64,000 bases of DNA from Octopus vulgaris (GCA_951406725.2 OX597818.1:97030001-97094000); one strand, 5' to 3'. Counted from the stretch's first letter, positions 40,076 to 52,490 are shown. Numbers and translations are program-made. Notes: generated from the sequence alone by a model not told the origin.

Positions 40076-41072
40076 TCTAGAATACTGGAGCTGGATATAG
40101 TCAGGTGTTGAAAGGTGTCTGTATGATAGGACAAGCACAGGTGACTTACTACAGAGGAAATATTTAACTACCTAACATTATATAAGGATAGGTGGCAGTA
40201 GTTGGAAAGGAGATAAAAGAATGTAATGGTGGAGTGAATGCCAGAGCAAACTCTCAAGGTACAAGAAGGTGAGCATAAGAGGAGGTATGCATTGTCAATC
40301 ATGGAAGGGGAGGAGAGAGTGGATACTTTCATAAGAGTGTGAGGGGAGAGTGAATGATGGTTAGAGATGTGAGTAGAGGTGAACAAGATTGGAGGTGTGG
40401 TCAATGGAAAATATCAGTAAGGAGATAATAAGGTGGGAGAGATAGAAGTGGTTCAGTAAGGATAGATCAGAAGGTGGGGAGATGATGTGCATGGTGTTAG
40501 GAGTGATGAAGAGGGAGATGTAGGGTGCATAAGGGTGATTTCAGGGAGTAGGGTGTGATGGCAGATATAAGAGAGCACTGAGAAAGATAGTAGATATGTG
40601 AGGTGTTAAAATGGAGTATGGCAGAGGAGAGAGATAACCGAAGGAAGTAACTGGTGAAAATAGTGGGGGATAAGGAAGGGAGAGTAATGTGGATAAGGGA
40701 TGGAAGTGATTGGCGTGGGGGTGGGGAGGTAACTGATAATGCAAAGAAAATGGGGTGGGGTTGGGGAAGAGTAACATGTGTCCATATTGCCCTCAAGTGA
40801 TTACAAGTGCCAAGTAGTGTCATAGATAGAGGAAGGAAGGAGGATTGGGTGTCTGGGGAATACAGGGGGGGGGGGCATAATGAATTACAAGCATAAACAG
40901 AATGCTTTTTAAGAGAGAGAGAGAGAATAAAAAACAGAAAAGCATAAATTCCACTGACAGATTTACTGCAATTCTGTAACATGTTGGATTTTAATAATCT
41001 ATTATTAATTGAGCTCTTAATTGTTGTCGATGTTTAGTTTTTGATGTTTTATACATTATCTTCTTTATATGG

Positions 41073-41073
<1 letters not shown>

Positions 41074-41119
<46 letters not shown>

Positions 41120-41145
41120 CTAGACAGACAGACAGACAGACAGAC

Positions 41146-41206
<61 letters not shown>

Positions 41207-41263
41207 CATAGATATACACCTACAGATTTGAAGTGTACTCATTCCAATTACAGAGCCTCAACA

Positions 41264-41295
<32 letters not shown>

Positions 41296-41296
41296 T
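41074..41296 (+). repeat. Compound (TA)n, (GACA)n, (GATA)n, (CA)n microsatellites
   Basis: Directly visible. Confidence 0.95.
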
Positions 41297-41827
41297 GGTG
41301 ATAGTGGCTGTCAAATCACATATACACATACATGCACAGATAGACAAGACAGACATCTCCAGCTATTAAACCTTTTATCCAACTTGAGGTGTTATGGCAG
41401 ATGAATGCCCTAAGTAATTTTCTTACAAAATAAAAACTTCATTTTATTGAAGTTCTTTTCAGATCTAAAACATCTGAATATGTTTTATTAAACATCTTAA
41501 CAAATAAGATGTCTTGTTTGTTTGCTTTTTATAGAGAGTGGACCAAAAGTCATGCACCAAAACATTTGATGTTTTATTCATATTACATCGTCATCATTAT
41601 CATTTATTTTGTTCAACATGTGCAAGTACATATGTATTCACCCTTATTTTATTTATTTTATTCAGCTTTAGGAAAATTGAAGCATGTCTTTGACAATTCC
41701 AAAGTGCATTGAACTTATTTTATGCATGAATTTTGGCCCACCCTGTATTATTAATAAAGCAATTGCTTGTCTGAAAACAGTATTTCTAGTTCTCACTATC
41801 TCATAGAACCTTTTGTACATGTAGTAA

Positions 41828-42452
41828 TCTCTTATTATAAAAGGCAGATTTTATCTGCCTCCCTTTGTATCTTATAGAAATCTACAATATAGGATTTCTT
41901 CAATTACAATTTACCTAGCATTTTTAAGAGTAGAATGCATCGGGTCATGCCAGGTCCAGTTTTTAAAATTTAAACTCCAATTAAGCAAAATTTACAGAAA
42001 ACTCACATTCTGGTGTGTATGTCAAATGCTTTTCTTAGTCTGGTTTACAGCACATGCAAACGCACACACACAGTGTACTACGAATAAAGTGAAAGTAATT
42101 CAGTGTGTTGACAGGTAGACAATAGAATGCGATGACGATGGCGAGGTAATATTTGTTTCTGTCTATGACGCTGATAGATACATGAGTAAAATGTATGGGA
42201 AGCTAACAGATAAGAGTGAGTGAAAATGTTCTTGGAAGAGAGTAAATAGCGAGAGAGAGTGATTTGAGGAAGACTTTACATTAAATAACCGTAGTGGCTT
42301 GTGTTAGTAATAAAGTAAACATACACTCATACATACATACATACATACATACATACATACATACATACATACATACACACACACATACACACACACATAC
42401 ATACATACACACACACATACATACATACACACATACATACATACATATACAT

Positions 42453-42483
<31 letters not shown>

Positions 42484-44002
42484 TACACACACACACACAG
42501 TATTGAAGCTTGAGAACAATCAGATACATTTGCAACACATCTGTTGAAAATATTATTGTTCACACACATACATATACATATATACATACAGACAGACAGA
42601 CAGATAGACACACACACACACACACACACATGATCCAGCATGGCCACAACCTCAAGGCTGAAACATATAAAAGAATAACAGAATATAAATGTGTGCATGT
42701 GTGTGAGAGAGAGAGTGTGTGTGTATATGTATGTATGTATGTATGTATATATATATAATAATGCGGTTTTTTCAACAGCTTGAACTAAAAGTCAGAGGGG
42801 AATGGGATAAACTACTTATATTAACTTGCTATAAAAGCAGGTAGTAATTTTATCTTGTCCTTATTCATAGTGCAAGTTTTGAAGAGTGCATTTCGATCTT
42901 AACAGCTATTTTTTTCAAAGCTATATTGGAAGTAACAAAGGAGCATATTTGGCATATTTTGCTTTATGAGTTCAATAAAGACAACAACGCAACGGAAAGT
43001 ACAAGAAATATTAATGCAGTATATGGGGATTGGACAATAAGCGTAAGGCAGTGTCAATGGTGGTTCCAGAAATTCCGAGCCATAAACTACAGCCTAGAAG
43101 ACGAGCCTCATCCTCAAAGATCTGTAGAACTCGACAAGGACATCCTGAAAACCCTGGTGGAACAAAATATCATCGTAACTGTTGAGGAACTAGCAGAGAA
43201 GCTTGGATTTGGTCATTCAACCATTCATTGACACCTGTGTGCTATCGGAAAAGTCAGCAAATTGGGTCAATGGGTTCCTCACGAACTTTCCGAGTCTAAT
43301 TGCATGCAGAGAGTGAATGTATGCTTTTCTTTGCTGTCACATCTCACCACTACTGCGCTATGTATATCTATATATATAAAACTGTAGTTGTGTGAGTGTC
43401 TGTCCCCTTCGATTTAGATTCCTAACTACTCCCACATTTTGCGGTGCAGTTTAACCAAATTCGGGTAGCTTATAGTCGTGATTCATATCGAGCCCGTCTA
43501 AGTATTAGCGCACGTCTACGATGAGTCTACGATTTTAAAAATAATTTAACATCGTTTTTTATTCCATTTTAATACATAATTTTTTGTGTGTCGATGGCGG
43601 CGGAGTTGGCGTCCACGCTCACACCTGCACCTGTGGGGAAGGGAGTGTAAGGAAATCAACGTCGTAATGCGTTGTCAAGGAGACCAGCGTTCTTTTAGAA
43701 CAACGACTTCATGGCTTGAAGACACCAAAACAGAAATGGCTAAGAAAGCGTCTACATGAGTCTACGATTTAAAAAAAATTTACCATCGTTTTTTTTCCAT
43801 TTTAATGCATTTTTTCGATATTATATAAGGGTAGTAACTCTCTAAAAATGTCTACGATGAGTCAACGATTTAAAAAAAAATTTACCATCATATTTTTTCC
43901 ATTTTTAATGCATTTTTTGCTATTTTTTGGCTATAACTCTCTAAAAATGCTTAAATAGTTATTTCCCTTACAAACCCGAGCAACGCCGGGCGATACTGCT
44001 AG
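41828..44002 (+). mobile_element. Composite Helitron, copy 1 (captured microsatellite, SINE tail and mariner fragment; inner Helitron start at 43367)
   Basis: A|TCTCTTATTATAAAA start; end hairpin CCCGAGCAACGCCGGG + CTAG|T; colinear with 52511-54286. Confidence 0.85.
42757..43350 (+). mobile_element. Mariner 5' fragment (HTH to WVPHEL) inside the Helitron
   Basis: KEHIWHILLYEFNK..CQWWFQKFR..LEDEPH..TVEELAEKLGFGHSTI; GQWVPHELS near 43264-43292. Confidence 0.92.
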
Positions 44003-44560
44003 TCTATTATATAAAATCCGTTCTGTCTGTCTGTGTGTCTTCTAGGATCTTGGGCATCCTCCATCCGATTGCGCTCAAATTTGATATGTAGATACCGACA
44101 GTATCAGGGCATGCATAAGTCTTGAAAAAATTACAAAAATCGATTCCAGGTGAGAATGTGATCGCTAAAGCTGTGGGAACGTGCATTTGTACGTGCAAGT
44201 ACATCAGCTGTTGTGATCAATACTATGTGTATGCAAGAAAAATGCACGTGCAGTTTGTGCCAAATAACCCAGCTGGCTTGAAATAATGCCACAAAATGCA
44301 GTATATTTAAGAGACCAAAAAAGTAAGATACAAAAGAGATATTTTCTTCAAACTTGGCATGAAGGAAGGAAAGACTATTTGGTTTCTCAAGAAGTTTTTT
44401 TTTTTCCTTAACTTCGTTTAACAAAACCAAAAATTTTATTGAAATAAAGGCATGCTTAATTATTTTTTAATGAAAAGAAAACACTGATTGCTTTTAATCA
44501 GCAGATATGATTCAGCACCATCCATTGGAGGGGGGGGGCGTTTTGCTCATCTTATATATA
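44003..44560 (+). mobile_element. Further Helitron-like 5' end abutting copy 1
   Basis: TCTATTATATAAAATCCGTTCTGTCTGTCTGTG..CATCCGATTGCGCTCAAATTTG, typical Helitron 5' layout; 3' end not identified. Confidence 0.6.
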
Positions 44561-45252
44561 TGTATATGAATATCAGTAATTATTTACTTTATGTAAATGT
44601 GAAAGAAACAATTTCTTAACTTTTCCTCATCTGATGGAACTATCAATAATTATTGTATAACTTCAGGAATTTGACACAAAGTATGCCGAAGTATAATTTG
44701 ATTGCAGTACTGCTCATTAACTAAACACTTACTGGTTTAAAATTCCACATTCTGCCAGTAATAATAAAGCTATATCTCTTAACTTTAACCTACTTATGAG
44801 GTGGGGGCTCTATGTGATCATTCAACAAGCCAGAAATTGCAATCAAATGTCCCTCATAATACACACTGTCACATTGCAAATAAAAGGATGCATTGGACAA
44901 TGTTGGCCATAATATGCATAAAAACAGGATGACCATAGTGGATATCTTAGATCAAAGATTTCCTTAGTCACGTTTAAAAATTAAAAAAAACAACACAATA
45001 CCAACCTATTATAGGTAGACAAACTGTGTTAGTGAGAGTGAAGTGTCAAGGCCATATATATAGGTCATAAAGACTGGTTAGTAACAAGATATCAACTCTT
45101 TATTCTATGTGTGTGTGTGTGCGTGCGTGCATGTGTGTTTCTGTATGTATGAATGTTTGTGTGTGTGTGTGTGTGCGCACGCACACACACATGTATATAG
45201 GATGCACACCCACACACATATATATATATATGTATGTGTGTGTGTGCATCTT

Positions 45253-45621
45253 TTATTTTTTTACTTGTTTCAGTCATTAGACTGTGGCCATGCTAGGGCA
45301 CTACTAGGAAGAACATTTTTAGTTGAATGACTCAACCTTAGTACTTATTTTTTTAAGCCTGGTACTTACTTTATCAATCTCTTTTGCCAGACCACTAAGT
45401 TATGGCGACATAAACACATTAACACCAGTTGTCAAGTGGTGGTAGGGGGCAAACACACACACACACACAACAGGCTTCTTTCAGTTTCATTCTACCAAAT
45501 CCACTCACAAGGTTTTGGTCAGCCTGAGGCTATATAGTAGAAGACTGGTGCCACACAGTGGGACTGAACCTGGAACCATGAGGTTGGGAAACAAACTTCT
45601 TACCACACAGTCATTCCTGTA
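45253..45621 (-). mobile_element. CORE-like tRNA SINE
   Basis: Same consensus as 39482-39866. Confidence 0.85.
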
Positions 45622-46030
45622 CTTACTCACAAAGGCACTTCCACAGCAGAAGTGTTAAGGCCATTGTTCCGTCTGGTGAAGAGGATTGGCCTGCAAGAGT
45701 CCTGTGCAGGTGCCATGTAAAAAAGCACTCATGCCAGTGTCACATGTGCTAATGCAGTGGCACGTTAAAAGCACCCAGTGTTAGGAAGGGCATCCAGCTG
45801 TAGAAGCCATGCTAAATCATACTGAACCTGGCATCGCTTTCCAGCTCTAGTCAAACTGTCCAACCCGTACTGGCATAGAAAATGGATGTTAAATGATGAT
45901 GATATATATTTGTGTGTATATATATATATATATATATATCCAAACAAGAAAGCACAAAAAACACAACAACGCGAGGACGTGGAACAAATATAGTATTATT
46001 GGACGCTCAGGAAAGAAGGAAAGATGGAGG

Positions 46031-46065
46031 GTTTAACGTTTCGACCGGAGCTCTTCATCGGAAAC
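46031..46065 (-). ncRNA. Minimal type I hammerhead ribozyme motif
   Basis: Minus strand GTTT-CCGATGA-A-GAGCTCCGGTC-GAAA-CG-TT-AAAC: stem I GTTT/AAAC, palindromic AACGTT stem III, U4C core variant. Confidence 0.7.
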
Positions 46066-46310
46066 ATAGGAGAAGGAAAGATCCAGAGAAGGGAAGACAG
46101 AGGAAAAAAAATCGCCAACGGTACACACGAGGTCACATTTTGAAACCTATATATAGGTTATGAGAGGTAATGGTGTCAAGAAGACCCAAAGGTGTCAGGT
46201 AATGCTGAGTAAGTGCTATGGACAGGCTATAAGTTAAGCTTCAGGTTCAGTGATTATGTGAATGAGGAGTCCAACGTAGATCATATATCAGCATGCATAT
46301 ATATAAAAAA

Positions 46311-46726
46311 ATTAACTGAATGAGATAAAAATCCAAGGCCGTGAAAGATTTCAGGACATTTATAAATAGAATGTCTTACAGCTGTTTCCAGGATATTTTA
46401 TATATCCCTTCATCGGAGATGGTGTGAGAAAATGGTTAAGCAATAGTTAATCTAGATAAGATATGAAATAGAAAGTGAAGTGGGGGAATGAAAATAGATG
46501 TGAGATATGCAGGGATATTGTATCTCACATATCACATGTCTATTTTCGTTCCTCCATTTCACTCTCTATTTCATATCTTCTCTAGAATAACTATTGCTTA
46601 ACCATTTTCTCACTCTGTCTCCGATAAAAGGATATATGAAATATCCTGGAAACAGCTGTAGCACCTTCTATTTATAAATGTTCTGAAATCTTTCACAGCC
46701 TTGGACTTTTAGCTCATTCTGTTAAT
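46311..46726. mobile_element. ~415-bp fold-back element with a hammerhead motif on each arm
   Basis: ~195-bp imperfect inverted arms; motifs at 46373-46420(-) and 46617-46664(+). Confidence 0.8.
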
Positions 46727-46769
46727 TTATATGTGTGTATGTGTGTGTGTATTCACGGTGGGCTTCTCA

Positions 46770-47352
46770 CCTGGAATTTGCATCACCGGTCTGGAACCCC
46801 TATCTTGCCCAGGATATTAATCGTCTGGAAGCCGTTCAGTGATGTGCAACCAAAAGAATACCCTCCATCAGGCATTTGCCATATTCTGAATGCCTTACTT
46901 CCCTGGGCATGGACACACTGAAACTCTGACGTCTGGCAGCTGACTTGGCAGACACCCATAAAATTATTAACCATCTTACAAACAATAACTCTGAGCACCT
47001 TTTCAAACTCCACCCGTCTAACACCCGTGGACATATTTACAAAGTCAGAAAATGGCACAGCTCCCAAGACTTTCGGAAACATTTTTTCACACTGAGAGTT
47101 GCTGAAGCATGGAACAAACTGCCTGCATCAGTTGTTAGTTGTCAGAGCACTGCATTCTTCAAAACTTCCATGCTTTCTGAGATTCGCCAACACTACACCT
47201 GATTTTCTCCCCTCCATACACACACAAGCATGTATCTGACTCATACATTTTTCACTTTCCAGACATTTGTACATTACTGCATATACTTTATACGCACTTT
47301 CTGACAAGTTGTGGTGCACCTGAGCACTGTATACAATAATTTCATTATTATT
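46770..47352 (+). mobile_element. CR1-group LINE 3' end
   Basis: RLAADL..THKII..NTRGHIYK..RKHFFTLRVAEAWNKLP..FK; tail GGTGCACCTGAGCACTGTATACAATAA(TTA)n; short tail copy at 55190-55237(-). Confidence 0.9.
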
Positions 47353-48360
47353 GTTATCTTCTAAATCCACTAACATGAATATGGTTGGCTTGAGGCTATA
47401 GCAGAAGACACTTGCCAAAAGTGCTATGCAGTGGGACTGAACCATGTGGTTGAGAAGCTAACCTCTTACCACATACTCATACCCATGCCAATTGTTCAAG
47501 AAAATCTATTTTCTATCCCCACTTAAACATTGATTGTAAAGAAGAAGGCTATAAAGAAGAAGGTTATAAATAATTGTGAAAAAGAAGATGGTAAAGAAGT
47601 AATCATATTTAAAGACCATTTATTTTCAAAACAAACCAGTGAAAATATCATTGAAATGAATTCATCTATCAATGAGCCTATGAAAGGATAGTAACTCAGT
47701 TCATTTTTTGCCACTGTCACTAGAGAGGTTAGCTGTGTCAGAACTAATGAGTTTCTTGATAGACTCATTCCATTGTCTAGTTTAACATCACCACCTGCAC
47801 CTTTGGTTGCAAGCATTCAGGCTAACTTTCTTGCTTGACCATGCCTTTCTTCTTCCCTTTCACTTGTCTGAGAGGCCCTGTAATGGGTCACAGGCACTAC
47901 TTTTTCTCCTGAATGAAAGATTAAAAAAGAAAACAGTTTTCCTTTTATAGTTACTTCTCTCCTGGACGAATTACATTGAGTGTAGCAAGTGAAGTCTATG
48001 TCTCTCTGTTCTTTTGGACATGGTTTTTACAACTGGATGCTTTTCCTATCAGCAAACATTTTACAGCATAGGTAAGGTGGGTTTCATCAGGATGTGCACC
48101 ACTAATATTTTGTGCATGTATAAGGTTGACTTTCAATAAGATAAAACAGATAAGTTACATAAGCATGTGTTAAACAGATTTCAATTAATTTCACTCTTAA
48201 TTTTCATGTAATATATCTAATGTATAAGTTACAAGTTAAATCATGCTGAAAATATCTAAAAAGAATGAAATAGTACTCTACATGCTTACCTTCAACAAGA
48301 AATTGTAAGAACTTCATAACAGATAAACAAAAATAAATAAATAATATAATATGTGAAAGC

Positions 48361-48666
48361 GGAGGCGCAATGACCCAGTGGTTAGGGCAGCAGACTCGTG
48401 GTTGGAGGATCACGGTTTCGATTCCCAGACTGGGCGTTGTGTGTGTTTATTGAGCGAAAACACCTAAAAGCTCCACGAGGCTCTGGCAGGGGGTGGTGGT
48501 GACTCCTGCTGTACTCTTTCGCCACAACTTTCTCTCACTCTCTCTCTTCCTGTTTCTTGAGTAACGCTGTGATGGACTGGCATCCCGTCCAGCTGGGGGG
48601 AACACATATGCCACAGAAACCGGGAAACCGGGCCCATGAGCCTGGCTAGACTTGAAAAGGGCAATG
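48361..48666 (+). mobile_element. tRNA-derived SINE (32511 family head, different 3' part)
   Basis: GGAGGCGCAATGACCCAGTGG..GGTTTCGATTCCCAGAC. Confidence 0.85.
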
Positions 48667-49609
48667 TTTTTTTTTTTAGAATATGTGAACACTATGCATC
48701 TTCTTCCTTGTATTCCTTAATTTCAAAATTCAAATTTGTTGTGAGGGAATGGTGATCTCCCTTGCATTAACTGCCATAACCAGAAAGCGCCACATGTTTT
48801 AATTTTAGCTCTGAAGGCATTTGGGTATGCATTATATTTTTAGTAGCTGAATGTATAGTTATGTGTTTCTAAGTGTTTTTTTGTTGCTTAAACACATCTA
48901 TATTTATGCTGTATTTGTTTGTATCTTCATCTATGTCTCCATATTTGAGTTTATGTTTTTCTGAATGTGTGTATATGTAAGAGAGAAACACCTTATTTAT
49001 ATTTGCCATACAAATTTTCTTCATTATCTTTACACATTTGTGTTCATATCCCGTGAAAAGTATTGTATTGTGTGACTGGCCAAAACAATTAACTCTAGCA
49101 GCTTAATTAAGAATATATTATTACTTGCTTCCAATTAGCATTTCTGTTTAGAGGAAGTGGTTGCTTATGTGTCTGTCTCTTTTGGTACAGAGTTAAATTT
49201 TTGGCTTTTGTCTTATATATATCTAAGCTGTATGTGTGTGTGTGTGTGTTTGTGTGTGTGTAATATGTATGCCCAGTAGGTTGATGCATCTGAGTGTGTG
49301 TGCATATATTTATATGTATGCATGTATGTGTATAATATATATGTATATGTCTGAGTATGTATTTGTGTGTATGTGGTTTCTGTGTTATCATATGTATATG
49401 TATCATCATTATAGTTTTTGTGCATTTATTTCAATACTGGCATAGAATAGACAAAACTTATTAAGATAAATTTTCAGGAAGAGTGTCCAGTTCTTTCTGT
49501 TGCACTTCCTTGTTTTTGGACTAAGGTACTTTTCAGTCTATTAGTTCACAGACATTTGTTGACTAAAAGGCATGCACAGACACCTGCACATGCACACACA
49601 CACACACAG

Positions 49610-50990
49610 CATGCAGTTTTCTTTCTGTTTATTGTAGTCCTCAAAGCCATACCAGAAGAATTTAAGACTAGTTCTCTTCTGGTATTATTGTATACTGACA
49701 ACTTGGCTCTTGTAGCATCATCAACATCATCATTTCCCTGCTGTGGTGGGTTGGACAGTTTGACATGCTTCAATGAGCTGCATGCTTCAATGTCAGGTTT
49801 GGTATGATTTCTATGGCTGGATGCACTTCCTAACACCAAGAGTGCACTGAGTGCTTTTTTCACACTACCAACACTAATGAGGTTGCCAAGTAACTTGCTA
49901 AACAAGAAAAGAACAGGAAGGAGGGAAAAAGGGGGAAAAGGAAAATGTCTCTTTGACTAAACGATTGGAGAAGGTAACATTTGCGAGGAGGAAGAGGGCC
50001 AATGGTTCTATGCTAGGTGTTGAGAAACTAAAGTATGACAGACACATGCATGGGTGTCTTGCTATAGAAAAGATACAGGGTTACCTTGCTTTATATAAGG
50101 ATGGGCAGGAGTAGGTGGAAAGAAGATAGAGATGGTTCTTATATCTCAAGATATAAGAAAAAGAATTTATAAAACAACTGAAGCTAGAAATTCCAGACAT
50201 GGAAACAAAATTTGGAACTGAAGGGTCTTAAAACAAAAGTTTTAGAGTGAAGGAAGACAGGACTCTTAGAGCATCAGTGAAATAGCCATGCTGTTTCTGC
50301 AGAAAAGGATTCAGTTAAAATTCTATAAGATATGCTCAGTGTAAACATTGGACACATAAGAGGTGTAGTGGGACTGCAGGCAGGCTAACAGAGAAGGGCA
50401 GATTTCACAGCTGGGCACCAGGGCAATAAACACTAAGAGCTCTCAGAAATTAAATTGCCTTAAATTTTCAGATGGCTCCTTTGCAGTAGTTGCCTAGGTA
50501 ACAAAATTAGCTGTGGCAAAAAGTGTAGTAGCCTCTACTGGCAACAATGGTCTTCTTCCTCACATTCAAGAGCAGATTATATGGTGCTTGTGTGAAGTAC
50601 ATTGCTATATGGCCATGAAACATGGGCTTTGAATGCTGAAGACATGCAGAGACTAGAAAGAAATGAGTTGAGCATGCTTTGATGAACCAGTTTTTGTATA
50701 TGAATGACAAATAATAAATAAACTTGAGAAACAACCTGGATATAAGTAGAATCAGATGTAGTAAGAAAAGAAGTCTGTGCTGGTATAAACATACAATGTG
50801 AATGGCGAATGACATCTCTATAACTGAATGGTACTTAATGAAGATGGAGACCAAGAAAGATTGGGAATGAGATGGTGAAAGATATTCTCAAGACACCACA
50901 TCTGACAAAAGAGATGATAGAGGACTGTTGACAGAAGATTTGACCTTGCCCATAAGCTTGTTAAAATGCCTGATAAAACGGTGAGATAAT
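49610..50990 (+). mobile_element. Old RTE RT fragment interrupted by a minus-strand tail repeat (49715-50130)
   Basis: LFIVVLKAI.EEFK..LLYTDNLALVA (YADD-derived); SRLYGACV, DMQRLERNELSML further on. Confidence 0.75.
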
Positions 50991-51304
50991 GTACACTCCT
51001 TTCCACCTGCTCTATAGCACTATACCTCCCCATCATGTCTTCTCATAGCCACTGTACTTATTCTGTACTCTTTCATTTTCCCAGAATCTCTTCTACTCAT
51101 CATACAAGCCACACTTAATTGGGAAGAAAGAATTTGATCTATGTATATTGAATCACTCAGTTTCCCTTTACCTATCTTACACTCTTCCATCTCCCCAGCA
51201 TCTCTTCACTCATTCATTGTGCCACATCGCACAAACTATGCATTCTAGATCCTTCCTACCTCTTACCACTCATCCTACTACTCCTCTTTCTCCCTTCCTT
51301 CAGA

Positions 51305-51812
51305 ATCATGGATGAGGCTGAAAGAAATGAGGACAAAGACATTCCTCTTTGGTAAAACCTTATCAAGTTTTTCAAGTTTCACTTGAAAAGGAAGGTGAGT
51401 GTGGAGAGGGAGTTGCTGTCTTTGAGTGAATTTATCAAAAGGTGGGTGAAAATTGTGAAAATGGCAAGAGTGGATGGTACTGCTTTAAGTGCAGATCTGT
51501 GAGATGGAGGAAAGAAGTTGGAGAGGGCACTTGTCCTTGGTATTCAGGGAGATTTTGGATAGTGGGGTTCTCGATTATCCCTATTGGTCCTCCTGTATCA
51601 GAAGGACGCCATCATTATCAAGTTTTTTTTTTCTTCTTAGGGTTGTATATTATGTATACTTCCCTTTTAATATATACCATGTATATTTTTTCTCTTTTTT
51701 TTTATCATTCCATTATATGTAACCCCCCAACACTTTATCTCTGTCTATGTATTGCCCCTGCCTCATTTGCCTGGTGACAGATAAAAGAAATCATTACTAT
51801 TATTATTATTAT
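51305..51812 (+). mobile_element. L1/Tx1-like LINE 3' end
   Basis: Reads ..FFKFHLKRKVSVERELLS..EFIKRWV.. then stop, T-rich 3' UTR, ATAAAAGAAAT + (TTA)n; a similar tail at 37430-37612. Confidence 0.6.
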
Positions 51813-51814
51813 TG

Positions 51815-52090
51815 TGCTGCTGGACTGGCTCCTGTGCAGGTGGCACATAAAAAATGCCATTTGAGTGTGGCCGTTGCCAGTACCACCTGACTGGCCCTCA
51901 TGCCGGTGGCATGTAAAAGCACCTACTACACTCTTGGAGTGGTTGGCATTAGGAAGGGCATCCAGCTGTAGAAACTTTGCCAGATCAAGATTGGAGCCTG
52001 GTGCATCCATCTGGTTCGCCAGTCCTCAGTCAAATCGTCCAACCCATGCTAGCATGGAAAGCAGACGTTAAACGATGATGATGATGATGA
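51815..52090 (+). mobile_element. RTE 3'-tail repeat
   Basis: Consensus with (GAT)n end. Confidence 0.85.
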
Positions 52091-52180
52091 TTAATGTTGG
52101 ATTTTCAGAATTGTTAGATCCAATTAAAGGTTGGTTCCAGTTTTGGCATAAGTATAAGAGAAGAACACGAATAGGGCTTA

Positions 52181-52490
52181 AAATGGAGTTTAAAATTTAC
52201 TACAGCTGTTTTGGTAGCATTTTATTGATGCAGTTATAAATTACATCATAGTATAAATCCACCATCCTCAGATAAATCTTTAAGCATGTATAAACAGGCA
52301 AAGTAAAACCTAGAAGATAGTGAGTCAGTCATCTTCAAAGTTTTACCTTGCTTGTTTATACTATACTATATACACTACCTTGCTTGTTTATACAGTTTAA
52401 ACATGTTTAAAATTTTGCTTTGATGCAATCTATGATTGCATCAATAAAATGCTACCAAAACAGCTGTGGTAAATTTAAAACCCCACTTGC
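52181..52490. mobile_element. Fold-back element with a hammerhead motif on the minus strand (52195-52277)
   Basis: Arms AAATTTACTACAGCTGTTTTGGTAGCATTTTATTGATGCA / TGCATCAATAAAATGCTACCAAAACAGCTGTGGTAAATTT. Confidence 0.7.

Noticed and set aside
42281-42775. Many ORFs with HT/YI/CV/MY repeats (also 49107-49445, 52828-53341, 37833-38168, 54644-54888)
   Set aside because: Translations of microsatellites, not genes
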